A stretch of 64,000 bases of DNA from an uncultured Acetobacteraceae bacterium (GTDB lineage Bacteria > Acidobacteriota > Terriglobia > Terriglobales > Acidobacteriaceae), in the NCBI GenBank assembly GCA_964658265.1, contig CAZZYN010000006.1:13790-77789 (forward strand), read 5' to 3'. Below the pieces are notes generated by a model. The model searched no databases. It had not been told where the DNA came from and worked only from the letters and a program-made list of their open reading frames with translations. Below are positions 19,462 to 29,508 of this stretch, piece after piece. Each line of letters begins with the position of its first letter. Positions within the stretch are counted from its first letter, which is position 1. The position numbers and the translations under genes are program-made.

Positions 19462-21480
19462 ATGCCTGAAGACATAAAAAACCTGGACATCTCGCCTGCT
19501 GCGAAAAGCCCGGCTGCTGCGGGCCCGGTGGTGGGCATCGACCTCGGCACCACCAACTCGCTGATTGCTTTCATGCAGGGCGACATACCGGTTGTGATCC
19601 CGGGTGAGGATGGCTCAAGCCTGGTTCCTTCGGTCGTCGCTATACCTGCAAACGAGCCGGGGCAAAAGACACGCGATCGCATAAGTGTCGGCAATGCGGC
19701 ACGCACATCGCTGCTTACGGCGCCGGATCGCGCCATCTATTCGGTCAAGCGGTTGATGGGACGCGGCCTCGAAGATGTGACGGAAGAACTGAAGCTTTTT
19801 CCGTTCAAGCTGGCGTCGGACATACAGCCTGGCGAAGTGCTGCGCATCCTGCTGGGCGGCACGGAATATACGCCGCCCGAGATCTCTGCATACATCCTGC
19901 GGCAGCTCAAGCGAAATGCGGAGCGCTACTTCGGTACGCCAGTCACACAGGCTGTCATTACAGTGCCGGCATACTTCAACGATGCGCAGCGACAGGCCAC
20001 CAAGGATGCTGGCCGCATGGCCGGACTAGAAGTTCTGCGCCTGGTCAACGAGCCTACTGCAGCGGCCCTAGCGTACGGACTCGATCGCAAGAAGGAAGGC
20101 ATCGTCGCAGTCTACGACCTGGGCGGAGGCACCTTTGATATTTCCATCCTCAAGCTGCACGATGGCATCTTTGAGGTAATTGCAACCAACGGTGATACAC
20201 ATCTCGGTGGGGACGATATCGACAACCTGCTGATTGCCGTTGCGATCGATGACATTCACGGCGAACATAACCTCGACCTGCGCACGCCTTCTGCTACCAA
20301 TGCTGAAACGATCCAAGCCCTGCGTAAGGCTGTCATTGATGCGAAGATCCTGCTCTCGACAAGTGAATCTGCTGCGATCGATGTCGCCCTGCCGAGCAGC
20401 GAACGATACCAGCGGCTCATCACACGCGAGCAGTACGAGCAGCTGATTGCGCCGGTGATCGCACGCACGATCGGTCCCTGCAAAGCGGCAATTAAAGATG
20501 CCGGCATCGATCCTTCGGCGATCGATGAAGTGGTGATGGTTGGCGGGTCGACGCGCATTCCAAAAGTCCGGGCACTGGTCGACGAACTGTTTCAGTTGAC
20601 ACCGCGCGGGAAGTCTCCGCACATCGAACTCAATCCTGATGAAGTCGTAGCGCTCGGTGCCGCGGTGCAGGCCAATATTCTTGGCGGCGGCTCGGCTGCG
20701 ACCGAAGACATGCTGCTGCTGGACGTCACGCCGCTTTCGCTCGGCATTGAAGCACTGGGCGGCGTGGTGGCGAAAATCATTCAGCGTAATTCCACGATCC
20801 CGGCATCGGCGACCGAGCACTTTACGACCGGTGTCGATGGCCAGACGAACGTCGCCATCCATGTTCTGCAGGGAGAGAGGGAGCTCGCAAAGGACTGCCG
20901 CTCGCTCGCGCGCTTCGACCTTAAAGGCATTCCGCCGATGACGGCCGGCCTGCCCCGCATTGAAGTGAAATTTCTCATCGATGCGAATGGGCTGCTGCAT
21001 GTTTCTGCGTCCGAACAGCGATCCGGCAAGCAGTCCGAGATCGAAGTGAAGCCGACCTACGGGCTTACAGATGACCAGGTCGAATCAATGATTCTTGAGT
21101 CATTCGATTATGCCGAGCAGGACTTTGCTGAACGGCAGCTTATCGAAGCGCGGAATGAAGCAGCGACCATTCTGGATGCGGTGACGAAGGCTCACACTCA
21201 TGCAGCGTGGCAGCAGCTTACCGATGCCGAACGCGCCACTATTGATGAGGCTCATGCGCAGCTTACTGCCATCGCGGAGGGGAGCGATCTCGATGCGATC
21301 CGCGCTGCCACCGCCAAGCTCGACAAGGCGACGACGCGTTTTGCGGAGATCATGATGGATACAGCCGTGACCAGCGCCATCGGCGGACAGACCATGAACC
21401 AGGCCAGCGACAGCATGGATGCCAGTATGGGCAATGCGCCGACTGCACCACATCCCTTCGCTCCCGCAGATTTCAAGTAA
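19462..21480 (+). CDS. hscA: Hsp70-type Fe-S chaperone HscA
   Basis: [17 protein letters not shown] and VGGSTRIP Hsp70 ATPase motifs. Operon context. Confidence 0.95.
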   Translation: MPEDIKNLDISPAAKSPAAAGPVVGIDLGTTNSLIAFMQGDIPVVIPGEDGSSLVPSVVAIPANEPGQKTRDRISVGNAARTSLLTAPDRAIYSVKRLMGRGLEDVTEELKLFPFKLASDIQPGEVLRILLGGTEYTPPEISAYILRQLKRNAERYFGTPVTQAVITVPAYFNDAQRQATKDAGRMAGLEVLRLVNEPTAAALAYGLDRKKEGIVAVYDLGGGTFDISILKLHDGIFEVIATNGDTHLGGDDIDNLLIAVAIDDIHGEHNLDLRTPSATNAETIQALRKAVIDAKILLSTSESAAIDVALPSSERYQRLITREQYEQLIAPVIARTIGPCKAAIKDAGIDPSAIDEVVMVGGSTRIPKVRALVDELFQLTPRGKSPHIELNPDEVVALGAAVQANILGGGSAATEDMLLLDVTPLSLGIEALGGVVAKIIQRNSTIPASATEHFTTGVDGQTNVAIHVLQGERELAKDCRSLARFDLKGIPPMTAGLPRIEVKFLIDANGLLHVSASEQRSGKQSEIEVKPTYGLTDDQVESMILESFDYAEQDFAERQLIEARNEAATILDAVTKAHTHAAWQQLTDAERATIDEAHAQLTAIAEGSDLDAIRAATAKLDKATTRFAEIMMDTAVTSAIGGQTMNQASDSMDASMGNAPTAPHPFAPADFK

Positions 21481-21521
21481 AGCGGAAGCCGTAAACTATA
21501 GCCAGAGCGAGACACAACTGC

Positions 21522-21995
21522 ATGCCACAAGAACAGAAGCCCGTTGATCTATCTAAGCCACCCGCAGACAATATCGTTCGCGTGACCTTCGAACCCGAAA
21601 ACCGTACCGTTGAGTTTGAGTACGGCACGATGCCGTATGACCATCATGGCAAGCCGATGTCTTTTCTGGATGTCGCCGAAAATTACGAGATTTTCCTGGA
21701 CCACGCGTGCGGCGGCGTTTGTGCGTGCACCACATGCCACCTGTATGTAAAGCAGGGCGCGAATAACCTTACAGAAGCTGACGATGACGAGATGGACCGG
21801 GTCGATCTTTCGCCGGGTCTGCAGTTAAACTCGCGCCTCGGCTGCCAGGCAGTGATCAAGGGTCCCGGTACGTACGTCGTTGAGATTCCTGCATGGAACA
21901 AGAATTATGTGCAGGAAGGCAAGCCTCTCACGGCTGAACAGATTGCTGCGCGCGACGCGATCGACATTGCTGAAAAGACAGTCAAGAACGACTAG
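21522..21995 (+). CDS. fdx: Adrenodoxin-type [2Fe-2S] ferredoxin Fdx
   Basis: CGGVCACTTCH ... LGC Cys ligands. Operon context. Confidence 0.9.
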   Translation: MPQEQKPVDLSKPPADNIVRVTFEPENRTVEFEYGTMPYDHHGKPMSFLDVAENYEIFLDHACGGVCACTTCHLYVKQGANNLTEADDDEMDRVDLSPGLQLNSRLGCQAVIKGPGTYVVEIPAWNKNYVQEGKPLTAEQIAARDAIDIAEKTVKND

Positions 21996-22013
21996 GCACA
22001 GGAGCTTGATCAT

Positions 22014-22232
22014 ATGCCCAAAGAGATCATGTGGACCGATGCGGAAGAACTCGGCATCCAGTTGCAGGAAAAGTTTCCCGACATCGATCCACTGAAGGTG
22101 CGATTCACGGATCTGCACAAGTACGTTGTTGAGCTTAAAGGCTTCGCGGATGATCCGGCGAAGTCGAATGAGAGCCGCCTTGAGGCCATCCAGATGGCCT
22201 GGTATGAAGAAGTCCAGGAAGCCGGCAAGTAG
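22014..22232 (+). CDS. iscX: Fe-S assembly protein IscX (YfhJ-like)
   Basis: WTDAEELG...FPDIDPLKVRFTDLHKYV..L..F.DDP..SNE..LEAI...W is closely parallel to my recollection of E. coli IscX. It is the last gene of the operon. Confidence 0.8.
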   Translation: MPKEIMWTDAEELGIQLQEKFPDIDPLKVRFTDLHKYVVELKGFADDPAKSNESRLEAIQMAWYEEVQEAGK

Positions 22233-22266
22233 AGCCCCGGGCCGCGTTCGCGCTCAATGCCATCCA

Positions 22267-23877
22267 ATGAAGAAAGAGTATCCGCAGCATCCGGATGTTC
22301 CGTACCGCGGTCCTTGTGGCTCAGCGGTGCGGCACCTGTCGATCGCGTTTCTCTTCTTCCACACGCTCGCGGGATTCGCTTTCCAGGGCAATAAGTCGCA
22401 GGGTGCGAACGGGGCTGAGTTCAACGCTATCCGGACGCAGTCGCTGTCTGCCGCATCGGGCACCATCAGCGGTATGCTTACGGCAGCTGTTACGAATGGT
22501 GTGATCAATGCAGCGATGTATCCGGGAGCGACCATTGATGCACGTGTGGCCGCGGCCATCGCTGCGAATTGTGCTGCTCTTATTCCCAATGTAATCGGGC
22601 CGGGCTGCACGATTGTGATTCCGCAGGGCAGCTATACCTATAGTTCTGCGATTGTGCTTCCGGCAATCCGGAATGTCACGCTGATCGGGACCGGCGCTTA
22701 TCTCAATTACAAGGGAAGCGGCTATGCGATCGAAGTAGCGCCGGGTGCGGATCATTTCTTTGTCAACGGCATTGATCTGAATGGCAATCCATCGGCCAAG
22801 GGCGGCATCGCGATTGGTCGCGGGATCCAAGGTGCATATCTGTCCGATATCCGCGTGCACAACTTTGCGAATGGCGACGGGATTATCAATTACGGGGCCA
22901 ACGTCGGCCTGTGGCTGCGTATCCAGTCCAGCAACAACGAGTTCGGCGTCCATCTCACGGGTTCACCCGGCTTCGCTTCGAACGCGATTCATATCGTCGG
23001 CTCGATCCTGACAAATAATCGTCGGTGGGGTTATATCAGTGGTGATGTGACACAGTTTCCGGTGGGCTGGTATGGCGGCCCGCACGGTGCGGCCATCATG
23101 ACGCCCGGTGTCAGTTCGCCAGAGTTTAACAACTCGGTGACGGACTCTGATCTTGAAGGCAACAACAGCAGCCATGGCAGCGGGGCGATACTTTCCGCGT
23201 TGACGGTGTCCGAAAGTTTTGATCGGAACTACTTCGAGGGCACGCCGGGAAATGAAATCGTGTTTGGCCAATATGGTGCACCCGATAAAGAATATGCCCG
23301 TCTCTACAAAGTTGCCGGTCCGCAGGGCGGGACCGCAGTCTCGCCGAAAGCGCAGGATAACTACTTCACTCCTGCTGGCGGGACCTCGGTATACCTGAAT
23401 GCTGTAGTCGGCGCAGTGGTTACGGGGAATGGAATGGCGACGATTGCGAATGTGTCAGACGCCTGCTTTGTATCCGTGAACACTGCGCTTCGCGCCTTCG
23501 TCAACAACAACACCATCACTGCCCGCAGTATGTTCTGCCAGGGCGGCATGCCCGAAAGTGCAGACGCATTCGCCATACACGTTGGCCCGTCGCTCTTTGA
23601 CAATGCAATAGCAACTGCCGCGAGTACAGTGTACCTCGGCGCCGACGGCAATCCTGCAGGAGCGACGGGCGCCAGGATGATTCGTTTCGACAACACTGGA
23701 CCGCCGACGCCCGCGAATCCGTCGAATGCCACGACCAGCAATACGCGCTGCACGCCCGCGTGGTCGCTGGGATCGATGTGGATTGATGCCTCTACGGGCA
23801 ACTGGTGGCAATGCCTGGCCGACTCGCAGCTCCCCGTGCCAGTGAAGGATGGGCAAGGCACCTGGGTCAGGAAGTAA
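22267..23877 (+). CDS. Right-handed parallel beta-helix repeat protein (pectate-lyase-fold, function unknown)
   Basis: Repeated G-x-x-I/V-x-N/G turns (NGIDLNGNP, GGIAIGRG, IRVHNFANGDGI, GVHLTGS, HIVGSILTNN). The start was chosen at ATG 22267 (MKKEY) to avoid overlap with iscX. Confidence 0.6.
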   Translation: MKKEYPQHPDVPYRGPCGSAVRHLSIAFLFFHTLAGFAFQGNKSQGANGAEFNAIRTQSLSAASGTISGMLTAAVTNGVINAAMYPGATIDARVAAAIAANCAALIPNVIGPGCTIVIPQGSYTYSSAIVLPAIRNVTLIGTGAYLNYKGSGYAIEVAPGADHFFVNGIDLNGNPSAKGGIAIGRGIQGAYLSDIRVHNFANGDGIINYGANVGLWLRIQSSNNEFGVHLTGSPGFASNAIHIVGSILTNNRRWGYISGDVTQFPVGWYGGPHGAAIMTPGVSSPEFNNSVTDSDLEGNNSSHGSGAILSALTVSESFDRNYFEGTPGNEIVFGQYGAPDKEYARLYKVAGPQGGTAVSPKAQDNYFTPAGGTSVYLNAVVGAVVTGNGMATIANVSDACFVSVNTALRAFVNNNTITARSMFCQGGMPESADAFAIHVGPSLFDNAIATAASTVYLGADGNPAGATGARMIRFDNTGPPTPANPSNATTSNTRCTPAWSLGSMWIDASTGNWWQCLADSQLPVPVKDGQGTWVRK

Positions 23878-24191
23878 AGGCTGGCAAACCGGGGCGGCCC
23901 GGATGCGAGTGGAGCGCCAGGCTCTGTTTGACTCACTAACGAGTCCGGCGCGTAAGCGGATTTATAGAGCGCATGACATTCATGAAAGTCGTTTAAGTGG
24001 TTACCAGAATGGTGAGTCCGCGGTTACTTTGCGGCGCGCTAACCAGTACATCCTAGGGAAGGCAGGTTGGGGCGAGCACGATTGCCGATTGCCTCTGCCA
24101 CCGCATCCGCACAACGTCGTGCACGGAGAAAGTTTGCTTTACCGCAGCACAGATCAGCAACGCACGTTCCAACCATATTCTGGAGACCCGC

Positions 24192-25001
24192 ATGAAGCAG
24201 GAAGATACAAACATCGCAACTGGCCGTCGTTCATTTCTTAAAGGTGCTGGTATGACCGGCCTGGGCATCGCCGGAGCTGCCATGATCGGCAGCAAGCTGG
24301 GCAGCAGCAACACCCCGAAGGTAGAAGCGGCCGCTTACAGCGATCTCGACATCCTCAACTTCGCACTCAATCTTGAGTACCTGGAAGCAGAGTTTTACGC
24401 GGTTTCTACGTATGGCGCGACCCTGGTGCAGCTGGGTGTCATCACCTCTGCTGATGAGACGGGTCCCACCACTGGCGGCAACCGGGTTCCGAACTTCTCG
24501 TCTTCGTGGGAAGCGACGCTGGCCACTGCTCTGCGCACGGATGAGATCAACCACGTTGTGTACCTCCGCAAGGCGCTTGGCTCGCACGCTGCCAAGAAGC
24601 CGGCCATCAACCTCAACGCGCTTGGCTACGGCTTTTCGAGCGTAAACAGCTGGTTGAAGCTGGCACGCCAGTTTGAAGATGTCGGCATCAGCGCATACCT
24701 GGGCGCGGCTCCTCTCATCAGCAGCAGCGCGTACCTTGCAGCTGCCGGCGCAATCCTGGCCACGGAAGCACAGCACTCGGGTGCGATCCGGATGTCCTGC
24801 ATCCAGAACGGTGTTGCCAGCCCTGCAGTGGATTCGATCGATGTGCCGCCGACAGCCAAGGCTGTCTTCGCTGTCGACAGCAGTTCGCTCAGCAAGCCCC
24901 GCACCACCTCGCAGGTCCTCAATGTTGTTTACGGTGGCGGCCACTGCGCAGGCGGCTTCTACCCGAACGGCATGAACGGCACCATCGTCTGCCAGTCATA
25001 A
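24192..25001 (+). CDS. Tat-exported ferritin-like domain protein (Ferritin_2/PF13668-like)
   Basis: Twin-arginine signal GRRSFLKGAGMTGLGIAGAA. The hallmark DLDILNFALNLEYLEAEFY is present, with a second half-site EAQHSGAIR. Confidence 0.8.
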   Translation: MKQEDTNIATGRRSFLKGAGMTGLGIAGAAMIGSKLGSSNTPKVEAAAYSDLDILNFALNLEYLEAEFYAVSTYGATLVQLGVITSADETGPTTGGNRVPNFSSSWEATLATALRTDEINHVVYLRKALGSHAAKKPAINLNALGYGFSSVNSWLKLARQFEDVGISAYLGAAPLISSSAYLAAAGAILATEAQHSGAIRMSCIQNGVASPAVDSIDVPPTAKAVFAVDSSSLSKPRTTSQVLNVVYGGGHCAGGFYPNGMNGTIVCQS

Positions 25002-25023
25002 GCACTGAACTACGATTGAAAAC

Positions 25024-25056
25024 GGGGGCGCTCGCTAGAGCGTCCCCATTTTTTTT
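25024..25056. terminator. Bidirectional rho-independent terminator between convergent genes
   Basis: GGGGGCGCTC (25024-25033), loop GCTA, GAGCGTCCCC (25038-25047), a 10-bp stem with one G-U pair. It is followed by T8 on the + strand and preceded by AAAA, which gives a short U-tract on the - strand. Confidence 0.75.
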
Positions 25057-25072
25057 CGTCCTGGGAATCAGA

Positions 25073-25534
25073 TCACCAGCCGAAAACCCCGCGATACAGA
25101 TGACAGCCATCCGGATAGACAGTGACCACGTCGAAACGCACACTTTCCGGCGGTGGTTCCACCAGTTTTAGATAAAGGCTTCCCAGCCGGCGAAGCACCT
25201 GCCGCTTGTCTTCATCGACAGCCGACTCGGCACTCGGTCCTTCACGATCGCCGCGTGTCTTCACTTCGACGAAGCACAGCGCGTTGCCCTCCCACGCCAC
25301 CAGGTCAAGATCGCCACGCTGCCGGATATTTTTCCAGCGCCGGGCGACGATCGCGTAGCTATTCCGCCTGAGTTCAAAGAGTGCTGCCACTTCGCCCTGC
25401 TCTCCGGCGACAAGATGAGCAGCCCGCGTGGGAACTCGTCCGCGCTCAAGAGCGCAACGCTGCATGGCATTCAACGAACGCTCGAGCAGCCGAAGCGCGA
25501 TCAAGCCCGGCCTTAACATAGGCACAGTGTGCAT
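25073..25534 (-). CDS. YraN/UPF0102-family endonuclease-like protein
   Basis: GEQGEVAA...GDLDLVA....LCFVEVKTR...VDEDK core, typical of the UPF0102 PD-(D/E)xK fold. Confidence 0.7.
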   Translation of the reverse strand: MHTVPMLRPGLIALRLLERSLNAMQRCALERGRVPTRAAHLVAGEQGEVAALFELRRNSYAIVARRWKNIRQRGDLDLVAWEGNALCFVEVKTRGDREGPSAESAVDEDKRQVLRRLGSLYLKLVEPPPESVRFDVVTVYPDGCHLYRGVFGW

Positions 25535-25584
25535 TGCCGGGCGGCGGGCTGCTACGGTACGCCAGTCTCGTGTCGATCCAGCTA

Positions 25585-27192
25585 TTACCCGCCATGCCTA
25601 CTCCCGCAGCTATGCGGCTGTAAGACTCCCTGCCACAACCGCAGCTCCTTGGCCTGCGGATGGTCCTCGACACGGCTGGTTCCAGCCCCTGTGGCTGTGC
25701 CAAAGATCATTGTTGCCCGCTGTGTTTCCTTGTATGCGGGCCAGCCGGGCAGCCCGTTCGCGGTCGGAGTTTCTCCGCGGATGAACGCAGCCCATGCAGC
25801 GTGCATCTGCTGTGCCAGCGCGGCCTCTGCATCAGCATTCGGGATCTGCGTGCGGGGATGTTCCCATACCATCGGAACCTCGATGGAGTGGTAGGCCTCT
25901 CCTTCAAGCTTGCCGCTGGTCTCAGCGAACTCTGTCTCATACACAAACGCTGTGCCGCCACCGCGCACATGGGCTTCTGCCACTCGCATCGACGGCACCC
26001 AGTACTCTTCAGCAGTGACGGCCCGGACGCGCCGCTGCTGCACGGTCAGCTCTGGATAGACCTGCGCATATCGACGGTAGATCTCATCGAACCTGGCTGT
26101 ACCCATGTTGCCCAGGTCAGCAGCGCGCGCATCATGCTCGGGATGCGGACCAATGAAGAATGCACTCTCTTCGCGATTGGTGCCGATCAAAAGACGTTTT
26201 CCACGGGTGGACCCCGCGGCGATGGTTTCGACTGGCGGACGCGGTATCAGGCGGCCATCGATTTCTGCGCGCAAGGGAAAATGCTGAGGCCAACCGTTAA
26301 TAAAGCGCTCCTGCACCTCAATCAGCAGTGATCCATCTGCTGTCTTGAGACTCGCGAGTGTATTTCCGGCTGTCCTGGTCCAGGCATCGCCGAAGCCCTT
26401 TGCAATCGCAGTACTATTCAGCTGCGGCCAGATCCGCTCGGCACCGCCGCTTTCCGAGATCATCTGGTGGAAGAGGTCCTTCGCTGCCGGAATGCCCATG
26501 AGGATGTCTGTCAGCTTCGCTCCCGCGGACTGGCCGCCGACCGTCACACGGCCGGGATCGCCCCCGAACGCCGCCACATTCTCCTTCACCCAGGTGAGTG
26601 CCATCATCAGGTCGCCCAGCGCATTGTTGGCTGTGCCGGCATACGGTTCACCCAGCAGCGGCTCAAAATCGAGAAAGCCAAAGACGCCCAGGCGATAGGC
26701 AACCGTGATGCATACGATCCCGGCCTGCGCGAAGCCGCTGCCGTCATAAATGGCCTCGAAGGCGTGGCCGCCGGTGAAGCCGCCACCGTGGATCCAGACA
26801 AAGACCGGCAGCCCAGACGCTGGGGTGGCGCTGGCCGGTGCCCATAGATTGAGGTAGAGGCAGTCTTCACTATGGGTTACATCATGCTGGCCGGTCTGCA
26901 TCGGGGCAGCAGCGAAGTGTGTGGCCTCCCGTTCGCCGGTCCATGGCCGGGCTTTCTGCGCGGGTAGAAAGCGGGCCGGCCCGACGGGAGGCTCGGCAAA
27001 GGCCACGCCGCGAAAGACCTGGGTCCCGGCCTCATGCGCGCCGACGAGGATGCCGCCGGGCGTCTTCACCCTGGCTGCCCGGCCATCGGCTGCCGCCTGT
27101 TGAAGAGCAGTTTCGCCCGGAAGTACGCCCGCGCACATGGCCAGGGAGCCGTTCAGCAGGAAGCTTCTTCGCGTCCACTCAGCACCATTCAT
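25585..27192 (-). CDS. Tat-signal type-B carboxylesterase/lipase
   Basis: RRSFLLNGS Tat motif, EDCLYLNLWAP, HGGGF oxyanion motif and GGQSAGA nucleophile elbow. Confidence 0.9.
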   Translation of the reverse strand: MNGAEWTRRSFLLNGSLAMCAGVLPGETALQQAAADGRAARVKTPGGILVGAHEAGTQVFRGVAFAEPPVGPARFLPAQKARPWTGEREATHFAAAPMQTGQHDVTHSEDCLYLNLWAPASATPASGLPVFVWIHGGGFTGGHAFEAIYDGSGFAQAGIVCITVAYRLGVFGFLDFEPLLGEPYAGTANNALGDLMMALTWVKENVAAFGGDPGRVTVGGQSAGAKLTDILMGIPAAKDLFHQMISESGGAERIWPQLNSTAIAKGFGDAWTRTAGNTLASLKTADGSLLIEVQERFINGWPQHFPLRAEIDGRLIPRPPVETIAAGSTRGKRLLIGTNREESAFFIGPHPEHDARAADLGNMGTARFDEIYRRYAQVYPELTVQQRRVRAVTAEEYWVPSMRVAEAHVRGGGTAFVYETEFAETSGKLEGEAYHSIEVPMVWEHPRTQIPNADAEAALAQQMHAAWAAFIRGETPTANGLPGWPAYKETQRATMIFGTATGAGTSRVEDHPQAKELRLWQGVLQPHSCGSRHGG

Positions 27193-27345
27193 TGATAGAC
27201 ATCCCCTGTTATCTTTGTGATTGCAGCTTTGACCTGGTCGGCCAGTTTTTGGCGGTCCTTGCCGATTGCATTATGTGCCAGGAAGTGGTTCCTCGAACAG
27301 GCTGCACATTGCTCACTCTCGCCGGCATGCATACACTCTATCCAG

Positions 27346-27723
27346 ATGAAGAACGCCTTTGCCGAACAGCCGCGCATCTTCGTCGTCGACGATGATCTCG
27401 ACATCGCTAAAATGCTCAGCGTCGTGCTGCAGATGAATCTCTTTGACGCGACTCCGCACACCGACGCACAGGCTGCGCTTGAAGCCGCGCGCGCCGCGCC
27501 ACCTGATTACCTGATCTCTGACATCATGATGCCTGGTATGAACGGCATCGAACTTGCCGTCGCCATGCAGCAGGAGATCCCCGACTGCAAGATCCTGCTA
27601 TTTACCGGAGAGGATGCCTCGCACCACCTTTTAACGGAAGCCAGGGAAGCGGGTCACACCTTTACTCTCATCCAGAAGCCGATCCACCCGACGAAGCTGG
27701 TTGCTGCCATCCGCGAACTCTAG
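27346..27723 (+). CDS. Single-domain CheY-like response regulator
   Basis: IFVVDDD, the phospho-acceptor context LISDIMMPGMNG, and KP near the C-terminus. There is no output domain. The start at ATG 27346 is preferred to the ORF-track start at 27217. Confidence 0.85.
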   Translation: MKNAFAEQPRIFVVDDDLDIAKMLSVVLQMNLFDATPHTDAQAALEAARAAPPDYLISDIMMPGMNGIELAVAMQQEIPDCKILLFTGEDASHHLLTEAREAGHTFTLIQKPIHPTKLVAAIREL

Positions 27724-27786
27724 CCTGGCGGTCGACGCGTATTCTGCCCGGCCTGCTTTTGCATCTGAAGAGGCTGAGGTGCTGCC

Positions 27787-28263
27787 ATGCTGCGAAAACA
27801 AATTATCGGGGAACCGACGCCGATCCAGGACGCCCACACGGATATTGCCTGGCTCAAACTGGCTGATCTTGCTTCGATTGAGCTGACTTCAGAAGATCCG
27901 CGCCATCCTTTTGATCCCGTGCTTGAAGAAGGCGGCGATCGCGGCTGGCGTGCCGCTGGTCCGGGACGACAGACCATCCGCCTGCGCTTCGATAAGCCTC
28001 AGCCCATCCACCGGATCCGCCTGCGTTTTACGGATCGCGACCACGAGCGCAGCCAGGAGTTTGTGATTCGCTACAGCAGCAGTGGCACATCTCTTCGGGA
28101 TATCGTGCGGCAGCAGTGGTCATTCAGCCCCGGAGGGTCGACCGAGGAGGTAGAGGACTACACGGTCAACCTGCCGGCGGTGGACGTGCTCGAGATTGAA
28201 ATCGATCCGGACCGTGGCCGCAACACATTACCAGCGACACTGGCAGAGCTGCTTATTTCCTAA
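27787..28263 (+). CDS. Hypothetical protein, possibly galactose-binding/discoidin-like beta-sandwich
   Basis: 158 aa with a pattern (GWRAAGPGRQTIRLRFDKPQPIHRIRLRF ... EIEIDP) that reminds me of F5/8-type-C-like carbohydrate-binding proteins. The fold call is weak. Confidence 0.55.
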   Translation: MLRKQIIGEPTPIQDAHTDIAWLKLADLASIELTSEDPRHPFDPVLEEGGDRGWRAAGPGRQTIRLRFDKPQPIHRIRLRFTDRDHERSQEFVIRYSSSGTSLRDIVRQQWSFSPGGSTEEVEDYTVNLPAVDVLEIEIDPDRGRNTLPATLAELLIS

Positions 28264-28428
28264 AGACTGCTGACCGACGCTGCTATCTTTCATCTCATAC
28301 CACGCCTTGCCGTCCGGACTGGTGACATCAGGCCGACCCTCATGCACACTGAAAAAAGAACATTGTTGTAGTGGATCGGCAGGACCCGACCCTTCGAGGG
28401 TTGGTACATCACCAAGGAGTTCTCGCGC

Positions 28429-28599
28429 ATGCCCGCCTTGAAGCAGTGGATCTGGTTCATTGGCGCGGCCGCCTGGTATATCGACGCCGCCATCAACCTT
28501 CATTACGGGGCCCGCAGTCACGCATTGCTGGCTTTGCTGGTCGCTACCATGTTCTTCGCAGCCGGGATGGTGTGGGTCAAAACCCCCCGCAGACGCTGA
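28429..28599 (+). CDS. Small two-helix membrane protein (56 aa), below the ORF-track length cutoff
   Basis: AAGGAG lies 9 nt upstream of ATG 28429. The translation is MPALKQWIWFIGAAAWYIDAAINLHYGARSHALLALLVATMFFAAGMVWVKTPRRR, which gives two hydrophobic helices and a basic tail. It resembles the ORF at 62296-62484. Confidence 0.5.
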   Translation: MPALKQWIWFIGAAAWYIDAAINLHYGARSHALLALLVATMFFAAGMVWVKTPRRR

Positions 28600-28722
28600 C
28601 GAAGGGCGAGGTCAACTCTGTAGCTTCCTCCGTCTTCCCTGAACGATCCCCCGATCACCCGTAAGTGGTATCGAGCCGCATGGTTGCCGGCGCGATGATG
28701 GTGGACGAGGGGATCACGTTCC

Positions 28723-29508
28723 ATGGAAAACAATCTATCCGACGTTTTTGAACAGGCCCGGCAGCTGGTTGCCGAAGCTGACCGTCGCGTCGCGGAGACG
28801 GAGCGCCGCCGTCGCGAGATCGAAGGTCAGGCTAAACTCGCCGAGCTGGTAGTGAGGGCTGAAGAAGCATTCGACTTTACCAGCCGCGAAAAGCTTGAGC
28901 TCGACCCTCGCATGGATGTCCATGAAGACATGGCCGTCATCGAATTTGTAGTTCGTTCGGCCCGCGCCATCTTCGTCCTCTCCCCCAAGGACGATGTGAT
29001 GTGGGATTTGCTGGTAGTCGAGGACGGCAAAAACGTATCGAGTGTGGCTGAGATTATCGGCGGCATCAAGTCCGAGCCGAATTCGCGCCGCCTGGCCGCT
29101 GCACGGGTTGTGGCGTCGATTGCTACCTGGGTAGAAAAGTATCGCAACGGCCGTCGAGCCAGTCAGCAGGGGATTGCCAACGGCCAGAACCAGGCCGCAG
29201 CACAATCCTCATTGCCGGCAGCACAAAATCCACCGACCTCGTCGAACCAGGCTGCAGCTTATCCGCAGTTCGCCCCACCAGTTGTGGATGTTCAGCCTGC
29301 TGCGCTGGCAGATCAATCCGCACAGGTGCCGGCGGCGCCGTCCAGCTATGAGACCCGCGAGCGCCGCAACGCAGAAGCTGCTGCGCGTTACGACGACCTG
29401 CTGCCGGCCCGCACACCTGCCGCCCCGCCGGCGACGCGACCTGCGCAAAGCAATCCTGCGCCAGCTCGTGCAAGTTACGGAACCTTCGGCAAATTCTTCG
29501 GCCACTGA
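28723..29508 (+). CDS. Hypothetical protein: N-terminal charged helix, central domain, Pro/Ala/Gln-rich disordered tail
   Basis: Long ORF with coding-like composition. I recognise no family. Confidence 0.6.
   Translation: MENNLSDVFEQARQLVAEADRRVAETERRRREIEGQAKLAELVVRAEEAFDFTSREKLELDPRMDVHEDMAVIEFVVRSARAIFVLSPKDDVMWDLLVVEDGKNVSSVAEIIGGIKSEPNSRRLAAARVVASIATWVEKYRNGRRASQQGIANGQNQAAAQSSLPAAQNPPTSSNQAAAYPQFAPPVVDVQPAALADQSAQVPAAPSSYETRERRNAEAAARYDDLLPARTPAAPPATRPAQSNPAPARASYGTFGKFFGH

Noticed and set aside
23849-24241. 130-aa ORF bridging the beta-helix gene end and the ferritin-like gene start
   Set aside because: It overlaps both neighbouring well-supported genes at its ends. Its composition is poor and it has no ribosome-binding site. 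The region is better explained as a 314-bp intergenic spacer.
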